In this document: positions 63,668-64,000 of the stretch, piece by piece
Layout of the letters: every line of letters begins with the position of its first letter
Numbering within the stretch: the stretch's first letter is position 1
DNA from: a virus
Length of the DNA stretch: 64,000 nucleotides
Virus record (IMG/VR): IMGVR_UViG_3300020470_001965
Reading direction: 5' to 3' (one strand)
Notes under the pieces: generated by a model
The model's database searches: none
What the model saw: the letters and a program-made list of their open reading frames with translations, nothing else
What the model was told of the DNA's origin: nothing
Position numbers and translations under genes: made by a program

Positions 63668-63920
63668 AGAATGGAGAGAAGAATACAAGGGTTATACTTC
63701 ATCGAGATATGAGTTAGACCTCTTGGAGAATGGACCCAAGAGTCTAGCTCAGTCTTGGATGATGGGTGCTTTGTATAATAAATGGAAGAAGATGAAGGGT
63801 ATTAAAGACCCAGAGCCACCAAATTGTCAATCGTCATTTAAAGAGTGGAATGATAACGTACGCGACACTTATGAGGGGTCGGTATCGGAATCAGAGACAG
63901 GCATTCTCGAATCCGAGTAA
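63660..63920 (+). CDS. Conserved cyanophage hypothetical protein
   Basis: LLENGPKSLAQSW...PEPPNCQSSFKEW. Confidence 0.7.
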   Translation: MTEEWREEYKGYTSSRYELDLLENGPKSLAQSWMMGALYNKWKKMKGIKDPEPPNCQSSFKEWNDNVRDTYEGSVSESETGILESE

Positions 63921-64000
63921 GTGGCCTCAAATAGATATCGATATTACGACACCTGCTAAGGATATAATCATAGTTAAATCATGGTACAAGTATAAGGGTG

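Overview
64 kb of a T4-like cyanomyovirus genome, most likely infecting Prochlorococcus (Prochlorococcus-type D1, hli cluster, ho1, no psbD next to psbA). It holds the replication and nucleotide module (gp43, uvsX, gp41, mazG, gp61, nrdA/nrdB, glutaredoxin, thyX, phoH, gp33, gp32). Host-derived metabolic genes include hsp20, ho1, talC, purM/purN/purC, three hli genes, psbA, CP12, a flavin-dependent halogenase and seven 2OG-Fe(II) oxygenase-like genes. A block of probable internal head proteins and the baseplate/tail module (gp53, 48, 4, 2, 54, 26, 51, two tape-measure-like genes, gp27-like) complete it. The most unusual items are four. (1) A catalytic-domain-only Asn/Asp-tRNA-synthetase paralog is followed 9 nt later by an atypical tRNA (GUU anticodon, long variable arm, U37), a candidate dedicated enzyme-tRNA pair. 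(2) Two tandem glutamine-riboswitch-like aptamers occur, the second enclosing a whole 52-codon ORF in its P2 loop, upstream of a DUF4278-type peptide. (3) A T-TTT-TTC slippery site would fuse gp26 to gp51 by -1 frameshifting just upstream of the tape-measure-like genes. (4) A nucleotidyltransferase carries a T4-style capsid-targeting leader. All family assignments are by motif recognition from memory; no database search was run.
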